Below the pieces are notes generated by a model, which saw nothing but the letters and a program-made list of their open reading frames with translations, did not search any database and was not told the DNA's origin. Below, piece by piece: positions 61,814 through 64,000 of a stretch of 64,000 bases of DNA. Made by a program: the position numbers and the translations under genes. The first letter of the stretch is position 1, and each line of letters opens with the position of its first letter. The DNA is from Eledone cirrhosa (lineage: Eukaryota). Location of the stretch: assembly GCA_964016885.1 (NCBI GenBank), contig OZ024741.1:120156001-120220000 (forward strand). The letters run 5' to 3'.

Positions 61814-64000
61814 GGCGACCTACGTAGTAAATCGTATCATCGTAAGCTCCGCAAAGGTTTGTTATTTCCGTTTGTTAAAAATTGCCATTTATGGAAAATT
61901 TTATTGTTAACTGTTTATAAGCACACATACATTGTTTTCCGAAAAGGACACCCAAAAAGATTGGGGCCTTGTGCCCAAAATTTTAACTTTTATTATTATC
62001 CAAAAATTTCTTTGAAAAAAAATGGCTAATTCCCCTCTGCACGAAGCAGCTGAAAGCCTTCCTCACAAAATAACACCTCACACCGACACCACCATTGTAA
62101 ATGTTACTACGTTTGCCAACACAAAAAAAATATAAGCAGTAGCAATATTTTAAATTTGTCTCAGGCAGACATTCATTTCCCGCCATTACCAATGACTGCA
62201 GGTGTTAAAGCCTCCACCACCACCACCACCGCGACAACCACCACCCCCACCACCACCGCGACAACAGAAACAAAAGAAGAAAAAAATAAATTAACTCGTG
62301 ATGTCGAAATGAAATCAAGCAAAATGGACTCTTCCGCACCAAAGACGACTGACGTCACCACCACCACAACTGAAACTAAAATTAAGATTAACACAAATAA
62401 CGATAGCAACAACAACAACAATGACATTATAAAACCGACCCTCAGTTTCGCCATCGTAGCAAAACAATTCGAAGCGTTCACGGTAACTCAAGAAGATTTA
62501 GAAAATGCCAAACAAATGGTAAAGAAAGATGGGTACAGGGTCAGCCTCACCCCCCACCTAATAAAATGGAGAATCGGCGCCTGTGCACCGTGTCGTATAG
62601 AACAATAAATGTAAAATCGCGCCGAGTGGAACGGGCATCCGAGTCCCAAATCCAAAAAGCTTTGGGACATGTGTGGGCAAGAAAAACCCACATCAGACGT
62701 GGGCAAAAGTATGGAACCGTGGATGTGTTCTTTGAAACACCAGAGGAGGCTAGAGAACACTCCATGGCCCCATTAAAAAGTGACGACCTCACACTCGTCC
62801 CAAGCTATTGTGGCCAGAGACTCGTAAAGATCAGGGTGACCCACGTTCCACCGGCCATCGAAATTCCCTGGCTAATAGCGGCTGTCCTCGCCGGCATCGA
62901 AGCCAACACGAAAATAATAACAGTAGCAAAAGAAAAGCAGGAAAACTGGTCCGGATCTGGGATGGAGCTCCTGATCCAAGCGGACCAAAAAAGCATTGAG
63001 GAGATCCCAGAGGTAATAGACATCACTGACGGCAGCCACCTCACGGTAATTGTCGAGGGCAGAAGACCTAGGTGTGTCGTTTGTGGTGAAGGAACCCACC
63101 TAAGGGCTTTCTGCCCTCAGGCTAAAAGGTTGAGGCCACCTCTCCTACCCACCCCAGTGACACAACCATCAACACCACCAGTAGCAGAGATGGCAGCAAC
63201 AACTGTAGCAGCAACAACAGAAGCAACTATAACAGCAACAACCCCAGCAACAGTAGCAAAACCAACACCACTACCACCACCAGCAAAACCAACACCACCA
63301 CCACCCAACGCTTCAGAACTAGCACCAGCGCCTACACCATCCACCACACCACAACCAAAACTAACGGCTGTGGAGGATTTTCCACTCCCCGGCCTATCAC
63401 AACTGGAGACAGATTGTGACGACGAGGAGTGGGAAACGATATCCGGAAGAAGAAAAAGAAACCAAAAAAGAAAACATTCTCTTCCTTCCCCCTCCAAAAA
63501 CAAAATACAGAGGGAAACAAATAAACTAAGAAACAAAAAAGTTAGGACAGATATGCCACCATCCACACCAGCATCACCAACCCCATCAACCCAAACACCA
63601 ACACCATCACCATCATTAACTCCAACACCACCATCACCTACACCACAAAAGTCACCAAAATGCGAAACAGAAACAAAACCCACAACAAACGCAAACAAAA
63701 CAAAACAACCAAAACGATACACACTACACAGCATTAAATTTGAACAACAAGCAATTATTGCACTACATCCAACACAACACCAGCATCACAGAAAAAGACT
63801 ACACAACAACCCCAAAATTCACACCACCTCCACACATACAAATCACTCGCATCACACAGAAAACGTACATGACACTAAAACAAAAATTCCCCAAAGACAT
63901 CGGAGACTTCCGACAAGCACTCTCCAGGAGGATTTATAAGGACATCCTTCCTGAGGAGGCCACAAGCAGTGAAAAGGATGGAAAAACCGTCCTTCCCCTA
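61814..64000 (+). mobile_element. Second Tx1/L1-type element: 5' UTR and frameshifted ORF1, continues beyond the window
   Basis: ORFs 62156-62608 and 62566-63939 with CVVCGEGTHLRAFC; final gaaaaggatggaaaaaccgtccttc matches the end of ORF1 in element 1; preceded by (ATT)n at 61781-61813. Confidence 0.88.

Overview
Repeat-dominated animal genomic DNA. It is probably cephalopod/octopus, inferred from the tRNA-derived Deu/Nin-domain SINEs and the microsatellite load. Only one credible host gene is present: an intronless Methuselah-like / family-B GPCR with a somatomedin-B-like Cys-rich ectodomain (10316-12295, minus). About 37 kb (19210-56241) is a strand-asymmetric GGT/GTT triplet-phased satellite with kb-scale higher-order repeats. 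It carries three near-identical 2296-bp Ty3/gypsy LTR elements that lack gag, protease and RT but keep an intact-looking integrase; they were copied by array duplication, not by transposition. A second 1.4-kb block of the same satellite splits a SINE and is flanked by a 44-bp direct duplication. The flanks hold two Tx1/L1-type LINEs that both start right after (ATT)n, a Penelope-like remnant with a hammerhead-ribozyme motif, RTE, R4/Dong-like and mariner relics, and many SINEs. The very long PT/GV/VL/WC ORFs are readings of the satellite and are not called as genes. All calls come from reading by eye; no searches or alignments were run.
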